Notes: generated by a model not told the origin, from the letters alone. A stretch of DNA of 64,000 bases from Octopus vulgaris (GCA_951406725.2 OX597824.1:14818001-14882000); one strand, 5' to 3'. Shown: positions 1-11,877, numbered from the stretch's first letter. Translations and numbers: made by a program.

Positions 1-207
1 ATGGTCAATAGAGATGGCGCAATGGCAAGCTGTGTTGGTGGCAGGTTTAGGAGAGACCATGTTGTAGGAAGAAGCAAACCATTTAGTACGAAAAGATGTA
101 GAATTCAGATTCTTGGATACAGAAGTTGGGGAATTGTAAGCACAAGAAAGGTGATTTAGTGCAAGTGGGGTTGGATGAGGTGGGTGTAGGGGTTGGTAGG
201 TTTGTAG

Positions 208-420
208 GAGCTGGCAGAAACGTTAGCATGCCGGGTGAAATGCGTAGCCGTTACGTTCTGAGTTCAAATTACGCCGAGGTTGACTTTGCCTTTCATCCTT
301 TCGGGGTCGATAAATTAAGTACCAGTTTCGCATTGGGGATCGATATAATCAACTTAATCCGTTTGTCTGTCCTTGTTTGTCCCCTCTGTGTTTAGCCCCT
401 TGTGGGTAGTAAAGAAATAG
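208..420 (+). mobile_element. SINE family B (GAGCTGGCAGAA..GAGTTCAAATT..TAAAGAAATA) with TSD
   Basis: Flanked by AGGTTTGTAGGAG direct repeats. Other copies at ~15346, 22118, 27890(-), 35496(-), 44098(-), 47459, 48256, several with 10-18 bp TSDs. Confidence 0.88.
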
Positions 421-802
421 GTTTGTAGGAGACAGAGTTAAGTTGAGGTGGTCAATAGAAATAAAGATGTTTAGGAGGTTGATGGAGGTGGTGATGGCAG
501 GGGTGAATTCTAGAGAAGGGTGGAAGGAGTTAACCCATATATAACCCTGGTTGCATTTTTGCAATGCAAAACCTGCTCCTACCTGTTTGGACATGAACTC
601 ACCAGGAAGAATCTGACTGAGCATACAAAATGTCCAGTAGGGAGTCGAGGCCCGTAGCTAACAGTTGCATTCTGTCCTTCTCCTCCAGATTGTGAAAGCT
701 TACCATAATGTTTAATCTAAATACAGTGAAATTTTAAGACTTCATTTTTTGTTATGGGCATTTATGGGTTAAGACAGGCAATGAAGGACATGCTGTCCAT
801 GA

Positions 803-960
803 GTATGGTAAGTAGCTTGCTTACGAACCACATGGTTCCAGGTTCAGTCCCACTGCGTGGCACCTTGGGCAAGTGTCTTCTACTATAGCCTCGGGCCGAC
901 CAAAGCCTTGGGAGTGGATTTGGTAGACGGAAACTGAAAGAAGCCCATCGTATATATGTG

Positions 961-995
<35 letters not shown>

Positions 996-1230
996 ATGTG
1001 TGTGTGTGCATGTGTGTGTGTGTCTGTGTTTGTCCCCCCAACATCGCTTGACAACAGATGGTGGTGTGTTTACGTCCCCGTAACTTAGCGGTTCGGCAAA
1101 AGAGACCGATAGAATAAGTACTAGGCTTACAAAGAATAAGTCCTGGGGTCGATTTGCTCAACTAAAGGCGGTGCTCCAGCATGGCCACAGTCAAATGACT
1201 GAAACAAGTAAAAGAGAGAGTAAAGAGTAA
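803..1230 (+). mobile_element. SINE family A copy
   Basis: Colinear with 1588-1990. Confidence 0.9.
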
Positions 1231-1298
1231 CTGAATTAGATATTCCAGTAATTTTAAATTCTGGGCTTAAATTCTGAATAAAGTGGAGCATTACCTAC

Positions 1299-1399
1299 CT
1301 CTAGATTTGAACAGCTATTGCACTCAAATTCCATTTTAGTGCAAAGGGGTTTCACATTTCCTACCCTGACAACTGTTCCTTTGACTGTCACAAATTTAC
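1299..1399 (-). CDS. MCM8: MCM8 coding exon 7 (GKFVTVKGTVVRVGNVKPLCTKMEFECNSCSNLE); gene continues left of the window
   Basis: tttcctacag acceptor, GTAGGT donor; MCM OB-fold GTVVR motif and first CxxC of the zinc finger. Confidence 0.95.
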
Positions 1400-1587
1400 C
1401 TGTAGGAAATAAACAAAAGATATATTACCTGTAATTTGTTATTGTCACATGTATTGACAGACATGGTCATTTTAACATAAACAGAAACAGTTTAGTGTGA
1501 TATTTGCCGAGGGTGATTTGTATAATTAAAAATGAAAACGAGCTAAGAGGAACTCAAAAAGTTCTGCAATTAAAAATGTATCATGTA

Positions 1588-1990
1588 GGCGTAGGAGTGG
1601 CTGTGTGGTAAGTAGCCTGCTTACGAACCACATGGTTCTGGGTTCATTCCCACTGCGTGGCACCTTGGGCAAGTGTCTTCTACTATAGACTCGGGCCGAC
1701 CAAAGCCATGTGAGTGGATTTGGTAGACGGAAACTGAAAGAAGCCCGACATATTTATATATATATATATGTATGTGTGTGTATATGTTTATGTGTCTGTG
1801 TTTGTTCCCCCAACATCGCTTGACAACCGATGGTGGTGTGTTTATGTGCCCGTAACTTAGCAGTTCGGCAAAAGAGACCGATAGAATAAGTACTAGGCTT
1901 CCAAAGAATAAGTCCTGGGGTCGATTTGCTCGACTAAAGGCGGTGCTCCAGCATGGCTGCAGTCAAATGACTGAAACAAGTAAAAGAGTA
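1588..1990 (+). mobile_element. SINE family A (tRNA-like head, CCTTGGGCAAG CORE-like segment, central TA/TG microsatellite, GTAAAAGA tail)
   Basis: A/B box-like TGGCTGTGTGG and GGTTCANTCCC; many near-identical copies across the window. Confidence 0.9.
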
Positions 1991-2639
1991 TGTATGACAA
2001 TCAGTATCTCACCCCAACTTTGAAATTAAATTCATGCCCCTAATCCTTTTAAATTAATTTTTTATAAGCTCATTTTCATTTTAATTATGCAAATCATCTT
2101 GGCCAAGAATGTAATAAACTCATTCTATAATTGTTAAATTGTCTATATCATTTCAGAAATGAGGACTGTGTTAGGCTAATGAGGCCAAAGCAAGGCTGAA
2201 ACACATTCATAGTTGTCTGTCATTTTTGAAACAAAAATCAGATTGGCTTTTTTTTTCCTTAAACAAATTAATTCAATCATGAAATTCTAAATTTTTTTTC
2301 AAAATTTAGAAACAGTGTTGCAATTAGTACTAATGCACTTTTTAATCTTCAGTGCATTTGTGCACTAATTATGAAATCATGATATATGCAGCTGAATTCT
2401 GTCTTTAAAATGCTCGCTTCGAGAGTTTTATTCCCTCGTATTCAATACAATGTGTTTATTTATTTTGGCAGTTTTGACTTTAAGAGTCCCTCGTAGTGTG
2501 TGGCATTTATGTATAGTAATGCCCTCTATGTAATATAAATAAATACATTTAAGAGGAAAAATTGATGGATTTTTCCCTTATGAAGTTTTTCCCGCTAACT
2601 ACTTGATAAATTCTTTATAAAGATTTTATCCTATTTTTC

Positions 2640-2675
<36 letters not shown>

Positions 2676-2685
2676 CTCTCTCTCC

Positions 2686-2720
<35 letters not shown>

Positions 2721-3064
2721 AATAAATAAATAAACATAAGTATCAAATTTATCCACATCTCCATACATTGAAATTTTGATGATGAACAGTCTTAACTGAT
2801 CTCCAGCACTTCATGGAAGTTTCATCAGAGGTCATTATATCACTTGACCAATCCCAGAGAAATAAGTAGCCAGCTCTCTAATATGCACATCAAATCTCAT
2901 AGCGCCAGAAAACTGGAGCCACTAATTTGCATACTGTAAGTGTGTGTGTGCATGTGTGAGTGAGCATGCGTGTGCATGTGTGTATGCTAATGAAGAAAAC
3001 GGCTTATATCCAACGATATAGAAAATAACGTGTGAAAGTATTCATAAATTTATAAAAGACATAC

Positions 3065-3194
3065 CATAGTAGTTAGCCTTGATATTTTTCAATTGTACAA
3101 TATTATCACATTCTTTAATTCTGGCATAAATCATTGGCAGGTAGCTATCAGCTTCAGAAGAATCTTGCTCCTCCCTCCGTTTGGTTAGAATCAA
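3065..3194 (-). CDS. MCM8: MCM8 coding exon 6 (LILTKRR...LPMIYARIKECDNIVQLKNIKANYY)
   Basis: AG/GTATGT bounded, 130 nt, phase 0 to 1; matches QLKNVRANYYG. Confidence 0.94.
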
Positions 3195-3764
3195 CTAGAA
3201 TTACATGGATGGATCAATAAATAGCTTTGGAAATACGAAGATGGTATTTTACTGAAGTGTCTGGGGAGAGTTATTTTCTTTTTTTGTGCCTTATAATGTA
3301 ACACACTCACTGGTAAAATTTCCATTTTTTTCTTATTTTTATTTTCCTAAAATTTTCGTTGCGTCTTGCAACCTTTTCAATAGTTTTGACTCTGTCTTTA
3401 TAAGGCACAAAAAGAAAATGACTCTCCCCAGACACAATAGAATATGCTTCAACACACAAACTCATATAGAGAATCTTACAAACCAAATCCAAAAACGAAA
3501 TATTTTACTGAACGTTTCATCATAATAAAATACTTTCACAAAAATGCCATTGACTGGCATTATAAAACCAATTATCTGCGAGAAAGAAACAAGGAGTCAT
3601 TTCTGGTTTCGGTAAGATTTTGTACTTGTTTATAGGGAAAGGTCTGCTATATCCTTTAAGGGCTTACTGATGGTTCTATGCTAGTTCTATGTGGATAAAG
3701 GTAGCAATTTAGTATCATTTACATTATTTACATTTGATGGATATTTGTCCTCATCTTTGTTGTT

Positions 3765-3810
3765 AACACAACGTTTCAGCTGATATATCCTCCAGGCTTC
3801 ATCAGGTGTC
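3765..3810 (-). ncRNA. Minimal type I hammerhead ribozyme motif (GUU site)
   Basis: GACAC-CUGAUGA-AGCCUG(GAGGAUAUAU)CAGCU-GAAA-CG-UU-GUGUU; palindromic AACGUU stem III; next to (ATT)n. Confidence 0.7.
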
Positions 3811-3868
3811 TTGGGGAAATTTCGAACCGGGGTTCTCATTCCTAAGGTATTTTTCAATATTATTATTA

Positions 3869-3923
<55 letters not shown>

Positions 3924-4322
3924 AATATCCGTCAAATGTAAATAATTCCCCTTCTCTTAAATATAGAACAGCAATATAGTAGTTGTTACAGCATTGGATA
4001 GAAGAGCTTGTATTTATTCTGGGTTCAAATCCTACTAAGGTTGACTTCACCTTTCACCCTTTTTTGCAATTGACAAATATATAAATAATGATGATGATGA
4101 TGATGATGATAATAATAAGAAGAAGAAGCAGAAAAAAACCACAAATTGATTCCTAAGAGCCAAGCCAAAACAGTGTGTGTGCATTTGAATATGACATCTC
4201 TGTAGTGCTTTGGTTTAATAATGTTGCTTTAGATTAGTTTTAGAAAGAACATGGAAACTATGCCTGACAGTGCTTACAGAAATAAATATGACATGAAAGA
4301 CAAGATAAGGATTAAGTCATAC

Positions 4323-4411
4323 CTGATGCATTGCTAAACCCAAACATTTGATAATCTTTTCAGGAGAATCTCGTAGTTCTTTTGGAAAATCAGGGTAACT
4401 TGTTGTGATTA
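4323..4411 (-). CDS. MCM8: MCM8 coding exon 5 (IITTSYPDFPKELRDSPEKIIKCLGLAMHQ)
   Basis: AG/GT bounded, phase 1 to 0; matches ELRDAPEKTLACMGLAIHQ of MCM8. Confidence 0.95.
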
Positions 4412-5174
4412 CTGCAAAGAAATGACAAAAAGACAGTTTAATCATCATCACCATCATCATTGTTTAACATCCACTTTCCATGCTAGCATGGGTTGGATGG
4501 TTCGACCGGGGTCTGGGAAGCCAGAAGGCTGCACCAGGCTCCAGTCTTGATCTGACAGTGTTTCTACAGCTGGATGCCCTTCCTAACGCCAACCACTCCG
4601 TGAGTGTAGTGGGTGCTTTTTACGTGCCAGGTGAGGCTGGCAACGGCCATGATCGGATTGGTGCATTTTACGTGCCACCGGCATGGAAGCCAGTCAAGGC
4701 AGCGCTGGCATCGGCCCGGCGCTGGCATTGTCCACAGTGCTGGCATCGGCCAGACATTTAAAACTATTTTTATTTTTTCTTTCTTTGACCATCAGCATCA
4801 TTACCAACATCAGCACAGCCAGCACCATCATCATTTTAACATGTGTTGAAAAGAATTCTTTGGATTTGGGATAATTCACCTCTGAAAACATGTATGTTTT
4901 GTTCAGCATCCTCAAATAACCCTTATTCAGGGATCTTTTGAGAATGGGCTACTCAACCTGATGAAAATTCTAATTAGGCCCCGCTTGCAAGGTCATGCGC
5001 TGTTTATCTTGATATGCGATCACTACTATGTCGTACACATATGGTTGTGATGCATGTGCCTGGTGTACCTTTATCAGACGGGTAGCCATGATGAGTGTAC
5101 TGGCTTCGTATATTTTACCCCTGTGTTACTCTGATGGCATGCACTACTCTCTCACTCAATAATAATAATAATAA

Positions 5175-5398
5175 AAACAAACTGCCAGCATCAGTTGTTA
5201 AAGCACTGCATCCTTCAAAACTTCCATGCTTTCTGAGATTCGCCAACACTACACCTGATTTTCTACCCTCCATACACGCGCAAGCATGCATCTGACTCAT
5301 GCATTGTTTGCTTTCCAGACATTTGTACATTACTGCATATACTCTGACAAGTTGTGGTGCACCTGAGCACTGTATACAATAATTTCATTATTATTATT
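5175..5398 (+). mobile_element. CR1-like LINE 3' end
   Basis: NKLPASVV peptide (resembles the CR1-group WNxLPxxVV motif), then UTR and (ATT)n tail. Confidence 0.55.
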
Positions 5399-5402
5399 TT
5401 TT

Positions 5403-5441
<39 letters not shown>

Positions 5442-5561
5442 GCAGCAGCAACAAAAACTGCAGCAGTAGCAGCAATAGCAATAACAACAACAACAACCAC
5501 AACAACAATAATAATATAAAAAAAAAACTGTTTCATGCATAACATCCTGTTTCTTACTTAC

Positions 5562-5622
5562 TGTTATCTGAAGCCATTTCGGCAAAGCTGACAGAGAAAT
5601 GTCTCTGGGTTTCAATATCATA
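5562..5622 (-). CDS. MCM8: MCM8 coding exon 4 (YDIETQRHFSVSFAEMASDN)
   Basis: tttctgcag acceptor, GTAAGT donor, 61 nt, phase 0 to 1, keeps frame with both neighbours. Confidence 0.85.
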
Positions 5623-5654
5623 CTGCAGAAATAAAACAAAGGAAAGAAAATTGA

Positions 5655-5848
5655 AATTTCTTGCGGAATTAATTTATTTTAAACTTAAATTTCTTGCGGA
5701 AGTAATTAATTTTAAACATAAATTTCTTGTGGAAGTAATTAATTTTAAACATAAATTTCTTGCAGAATTAATTAATTTTAAACATAAATTTCTTGCGGAA
5801 TTAATTAATTTTAAACATAAATTTCTTGCGGAAGTAATTAATTTTAAA
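5655..5848. repeat. 33-bp minisatellite, ~6 units
   Basis: AAATTTCTTGCGGAAGTAATTAATTTTAAACAT repeated. Confidence 0.95.
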
Positions 5849-6404
5849 TGTAATAAAACTTGTTTAAAGAGACAAAAGCTTTATCAGATGAATTCATCAT
5901 GATTTAATATCTGCCTTCCAAGGATGAACTGGCAAGCCAGAAAAACTGCCTTCAGTTGCTTTGGGATGGTTCTACAGCTGGATTCTCTTCCTAATACTAA
6001 CCATTTTGGAATATTTGGAGTTTACTTTGATTAAGCATCATTTTATGGCAGAGTGGTGAAATTATTGGAATATTGAGTCCAATTAAGGTACTGGTCATGA
6101 GGCTTGCTTGGCAATCACAATGTCCTGGGTTCAACTCCACAGCATGACATTGGGGTTAGTGTCTTTTACTGTAGGCTCTGGTGGACCCAAATATTGTGAG
6201 TGAAAATGGGTAGAAAGAAACTTTTTGGAAATCTGTCAAATGGAATGTATCTGTAATTTAAAGGGCTCAGCCGTTATATTAAGGGTAAACATGTCTGTGG
6301 AATACTCAGCCACATGCTAACTCACTAAGTGTGTGTGTATGTGTGTGCATGTGTATTAAGTGTGTATAGACTATAAATTATAAATTATAAAGTATAAAGC
6401 TCAC

Positions 6405-6487
6405 CAAGTTATAAAGTTGTTCATATTTTGAAAAATATTCCTCGAAAACTTTTAATTTTTCCACAGTAGGTGATTCTGCTGCGTAAG
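6405..6487 (-). CDS. MCM8: MCM8 coding exon 3 (AYAAESPTVEKLKVFEEYFSKYEQLYNL)
   Basis: ttttgtttcag acceptor, GTGAG donor, phase 1 to 0; resembles SPLIEKIQAFEKFF of MCM8. Confidence 0.9.
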
Positions 6488-7056
6488 CTGAAACAAAAAT
6501 TTAAATTATTGAGAAAAATTTTGCCTGTCTTTTTTTTAACCATATTTATATCATTGTTAGAATTATTATTGTTGCTATTACTAAGGCAACAAGTTGGCAG
6601 AATCGTTAGGGCATCAGACAAAAATCCCTGGTGATATTTCTTCCAACTCATGACATTCTGAGTTCAAATTCTGCTGGGGTCAGCTTTGCCTTCTATTCTT
6701 TTGGGGTTAATAAAATAAGTAGCAGTTTGATGCTATTATGTTAAACAGCCGTATGTCCAAATTTGGCCAAATGTGTTTTTTCCAATATTTAATTTTGCTT
6801 GCAATAACTGGTCCTTTTGGTAAAACTATCGTATCTCCAGCTGCCTCAGATGCCAAGATTGTCAAAGTGTAGTACAACGGTTTAGCATTTTTCAAAAGTG
6901 TAGTAAGTCCCACATATGACAGAACAGGCATGAAAGACAACTCAAATGAAATCAATTAATTGAAATTTTGAGTGGATCTGGTTTTTAAACCAGCAGATGA
7001 AAGCAACAAACAAGTTTCGGTTTTTTAATTGATAGATAAATTAATCTAAAATATAC

Positions 7057-7167
7057 CTTCTTCTGGAAAATACAAAATCCATCCTTTATAAGGTGATGCA
7101 AATGCTAATTTGCTCTGAACTAGTATTGGTTGTGAGCGATGATTTTGTGAAGGGTTGTTAGAAAAAT
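7057..7167 (-). CDS. MCM8: MCM8 coding exon 2 (..VQSKLAFASPYKGWILYFPEE)
   Basis: AG/GT bounded, 111 nt, phase 1 to 1; PYKGWxLYF is the MCM8 N-terminal motif. Confidence 0.93.
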
Positions 7168-7966
7168 CTGGAATACAATAAAAATACACAAATAAAAAAA
7201 GGTGGAATAATAGGTTTTGTTTAGTGGTTTAACATAGTGGTTGGGATAGGGGTTTGAACACACAACTGTGGGCTCCATATTCTTGTATGTTAACCATATA
7301 AAGTCACTCACAGATGTGCTCCAACCTCTGGCCCACAAACACACTGTTTCCGCTCTCTGCCTTTTCTACTGATACTATAATGGCCTCTGTTCTTCTGAGC
7401 TGCCTGGATTCATACTATCTCTTATGCATTCCTGTCCCCTGTTCACCATCCCATTCACAGTCCTCTGTTCCCCATCCCATGACAAACTTTTCAACTCATA
7501 AAAAGCACAAACCGATCGTGGCCGCTGCCAGACTTCCCTGGCACCTGTGCCGGTAACACTAAAAAGCACCCACTACACTCACGGAGTGGTTTGCGTTAGG
7601 AAGGGCATCCAGCTGTAGAAACACTGCCAGATCAGACTGGAGCCTGGTGCAGCCTCCTGGCTTCTCAGACCCCGGTTGAACCGTCCAACCCGTGCTAGCA
7701 TGGAAAACGGATGTTAAACGATGATGATGATGATGATGATGAAGGGCGTCCACACCATTTCTACCTCCCAAATTCCACTCATAAAACACTGAGCAATGCA
7801 AGGTTGTAGCAGATGACACTTGTCTAAGGTGCCACATATTATCAAAAGGCTTAAAAGCATCACCAGTTTTAAGAATACACACACACACACAGACAAATCC
7901 TTCTATAGAAACGTATTAATATGAAAGATACAAAGTAATTGGTAGAATACGTAGGAAGAAACATAC

Positions 7967-8126
7967 TTCTGTTTCCATGGTTTCCTTTGTTACCATAGTG
8001 ATTAAAATAAGTGCCGCCTCTACCACCTCTCCATCTGCCACTCCAAGAGCCTCGTCCCCTCCAGGAACCTCGGTTTCCTCCTCTGCGCAGATTGGTTGGA
8101 GAACTGTAACTGTTTGCATCAGCCAT
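7967..8126 (-). CDS. MCM8: MCM8 helicase, coding exon 1 (MADANSY...RGG-rich N-terminus)
   Basis: ATG at 8126, GTATGT donor after 7967, phase 1. The RGRGSW/GRW N-terminus resembles MCM8. An acceptor (tttcag) before 8143 implies an upstream non-coding exon. Confidence 0.88.
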
Positions 8127-8536
8127 CAGATAAGGTCTGATACCTGAAAGAAATGAGAATATAATTTACAACTTAACCCTTTCGTTACTGTATTTATTTT
8201 GAGATGCTTTGTGTTTCTTTCAATTACTTTAAATATAACAAAGAATTATCATTAAGCTAGTGTTAGGAACATAAATTGTTACTAAGGTTTGATGGAAGAT
8301 TTTAATTCAGAACTTTTGAAAACAGGATATTTGTACTATAGAGCCAGAGGCAGTTTCAGCTGGGTTGGTTTCAAAAGGGTTAAGAATTGTTTCTCTATTA
8401 TATATTTTAACCCTTTTGTCACCATATTTCTGTTGAGATGCTCTGTGTTTCTTTCAATTAATTTTAAATATAACAAAGAATTTAGTAAAATAACTTAGTT
8501 ATCATTAAACTAGTGTTAGGAACATAAATTGTGACT

Positions 8537-9130
8537 AATTTTAAGAACATTTGAGGTAGTGGAGCCCATCAACTGACTGACTAAGATTTGGTTGTTCCAG
8601 GCTACTGTAAAGTTCTGAGAGGGAAGAATAAGTTGGAGGAGACAATAAAGATTTTCTAATTATAGAAGTGGGGTTAAGGGGATATCAGAGCTCCATATAA
8701 AGAATTTATGTAGAAGACAGCATTTTTCTCCAAATTGAATAAATTTTAGATTTATATTTTTTCCTTTATTCTAACATGTCAAAGAACTTGGAACTTATTG
8801 ACCAACTGTTGTGATGATGCGCATAGGGTTTGTAAGATCTCTGCATTCTCTGAGAATGTTATTGTGACCACTTGACATTGACCTAGTTCTCCTAACTCTG
8901 AATCTGTTCATCAAATAGTAGTAATTGGCATTTAGTAGTGACAATGCTGTCTTCTACATAAATTCCTTATATGGAGCTCTGGAATCCCCTTTACCCCATT
9001 TCTATAATTAGAAAATCTTTATTGTCTCCTTCCACTTATTCTTCCTTCTCAGAACCTTACAGTAGTCTGGAACAACCGAATCTTAGTCAGTCAGTTGATG
9101 GGCTCCACTACCTCAAATGTTCTTAAAATT
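8537..9130. repeat. Foldback inverted repeat (arms 8537-8724 and 8943-9130)
   Basis: ~188-bp arms, clearly complementary, ~220-bp spacer. Confidence 0.9.
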
Positions 9131-9437
9131 TAAATCCACATCTTTGTCTATATATCTACATTCTCTATAATGTTGCCACTTGATATGAAAATTTTTGTAT
9201 TAATGGAAAACCTCTATAATTGGCTGATGAGTGCTCAGCATTTTAAAACTGTTGTAATACTTACAACATTTAATAAAATGATGTAGTACGAAACGATCGT
9301 ACCAAATTACCGGAGTCATTCTTGTTGCTTATTTTGATTATAATCACCCCACGGATTTTTATGGATAACACCATACAGAATTCTGGTGCATCTAAATTAA
9401 GTACCATATTCATTTGAATCTAAATTTTTGCTGAACT

Positions 9438-9469
<32 letters not shown>

Positions 9470-10879
9470 CTACCGGACTGGCCAAATGTGTTTTTTACAC
9501 ACACATATATAATTATTAAAATTTACAAAAGTTACTCAAAGGCTAAATGTTTCGTGTATGGCCCTTATAAAAAATGTTTGGTTTTGTGAAATCATTTATT
9601 TTCTCGAAGTTTGCAGTGTTTATATTTAGAATTACAGAAATAATTTCAGCTAATACTAATTAAAGTAATGTATCTATAGACTTTAATCAGTGTCAACAAG
9701 AAATTCTTTTAGAATTCACTTCATAAACACTGAAACTTTTGAGAAAATGAAGATAAATTAACAAGTCAAAACTTTTTAATTATACGAACAAAACATGCAT
9801 ATTACAATAAAACCACATATCGATCTCTCTCTTAATGTGTGTGTATATATAAAGACATGCGATTTATAATATTGATTTCTATCACAGACATAAGGCCAGA
9901 TATTTAGACATTTTGGTGGGCGATGGAACAGTCGATTACATTGACTCAAGTACTTGATCGATGCTTTATCATATCGATGATGAAAAACAAAATTGATCTC
10001 AACGTGATTTGAACTCGGAAGTTAAAACAGCTGGAACAAACACCGCAAGGCATTTTCCCAGACTTTCTACCATTTCAGTCGATCCTACATGTATTATTTA
10101 ATAACACTTTACATTTAAATTATGTCATAAATTTTTAGAGTGGAAGGAAGCACAAGTTTTGGGAGCTTGCGAGATTTCTTCCAACGGCATTCTTTCGATA
10201 TAACTCGACAAAAATCAAAACATTTCCTTCCGGGTATTTCCGTGGAAGCAGATGACAGTTCGATTCTGTTTTCTGCTTGAAAATTTTGCGGATTTTACAT
10301 ACACACATGGAACAGGGAAGAACAAACATGCAAGGATTTTTTTTTAATTCAAGTTTAAAATTAGACATTGCTGGCATAATTTCATGGTCAAACTTAAAGC
10401 GTTTGACCCGGTCATAAAAACAATTTAGTTTGACCAATCTATACTCCACAACCCACGGAAATATCCCAAGTGAAATGTTTTTGATTTTGTCGAGTTATAT
10501 CGAAAGAATTCCCTTCCAACCAATTTTCACCAGATTTGTTTTCAAATTTTTTTTACACCGATTGAACTTTTTTATTGTCAATTTTTAGAAGGAAAAAATG
10601 TGATTTTCAACATCATTATGCAAAACTACATTTTGTTTTTGTAAATAATTTGGCGAGAATTTGAGATATTTCAAGTGGTTGGAAGAAATTTAACAAGATC
10701 CCCAGTTTGCCTTGGCATTATGTTACATTGATGGGACGAATAAGCTTCGATTTTGATTATTTTTTTTACTGGTTTATTTTCTTGGTGTTTTATTTTCTTA
10801 CTTTTGTCGATATTAATGTGATTAAATAATTCTGCATTACCATATGTAGTTCGACTGAAATAGTTATTATTAGAAAAGT

Positions 10880-11111
10880 TATATATATCCATACATACAC
10901 AACACACACACACATATATATACATACATACATACATACACAACACACACACACATATATATACATACATACATATATATATATACATATATATATATAC
11001 ATACATATATATATATACATACATACATAACACATATATATATACATATATATATACATATATATATACATATATATATATATATACATATATATAAATA
11101 TATATATATAT

Positions 11112-11142
<31 letters not shown>

Positions 11143-11152
11143 CATACATATA

Positions 11153-11193
<41 letters not shown>

Positions 11194-11210
11194 ACATACA
11201 TACATAACAC

Positions 11211-11273
<63 letters not shown>

Positions 11274-11287
11274 CATACATACATATA

Positions 11288-11325
<38 letters not shown>

Positions 11326-11400
11326 CATATATATACATACATATACATATATACATATATATATATATATACACACACACACATATATATGTATGTATGT
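10880..11400. repeat. Long compound (TA)/(CA)/(TACA) microsatellite
   Basis: Read directly from the sequence. Confidence 0.95.
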
Positions 11401-11710
11401 ATTAAATAACAAATCTACTTCACGCGGATCGTATGTACATGCGAAGGCTTGTTGCTTTGACAACGCAGCAAGGATAAGATACGAGCATTAAGACTAAATA
11501 CCAACCGAATTAAGAGTGTTCAGGTGTTAAACTTGAGCGGAAACCTTCTAGCAGAAAAGCTGAACCGAGAAATCCATTGGAAATCGATTTCTAAAGCGAT
11601 CGACGTCGATGTTTTTCATATTATCCCGCCAGCAAGCAAGGGAGATCACTCTGAGGATAATCTGTTGATACGTGGTTTGGGTCCAGCGGCTGAAGTGCTC
11701 GTTGTCAATT
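11400..11710. promoter_or_regulatory. CpG-enriched candidate promoter of PRORSD1, possibly bidirectional with MCM8
   Basis: Locally high CpG in CpG-poor surroundings, directly 5' of the PRORSD1 ATG; E2F-like TCCCGCC at 11624-11630; the two genes diverge. Confidence 0.5.
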
Positions 11711-11797
11711 ATGGTTAACCCGTGCGCAAACAAGGAAGATCTCCTGCAGGTACTACAAGACCTCGATATCGAATACAATAACGTCGATCATCCTCCG
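11711..11797 (+). CDS. PRORSD1: Prolyl-tRNA editing protein (ProXp-ala/PrdX, YbaK-like), exon 1 (MVNPCANKEDLLQVLQDLDIEYNNVDHPP)
   Basis: First ATG after in-frame TGA at 11666; CCG|GTAAAA donor, phase 0; joins to VYTVEE to give the conserved HPxVxTVEE motif. Confidence 0.9.
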
Positions 11798-11840
11798 GTA
11801 AAAAGATACATCTTTTAATTTGATTCTTTTATTATCACAA

Positions 11841-11877
<37 letters not shown>

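Noticed and set aside
1-800. Search for a further MCM8 exon (PDGKY..C motif)
   Set aside because: No matching spliceable frame found; the next exon probably lies left of the window.
1185-1215. SINE A tail AGTCA-AA-TGACT-GAAA-CAAG-TA resembling half a hammerhead
   Set aside because: No CUGANGA-like strand and no stem I; better explained as the LINE-recognised 3' stem-loop.
10671-11463. ORFs of 194-237 aa (YIYM/CVC)
   Set aside because: Translations of a TA/CA microsatellite.
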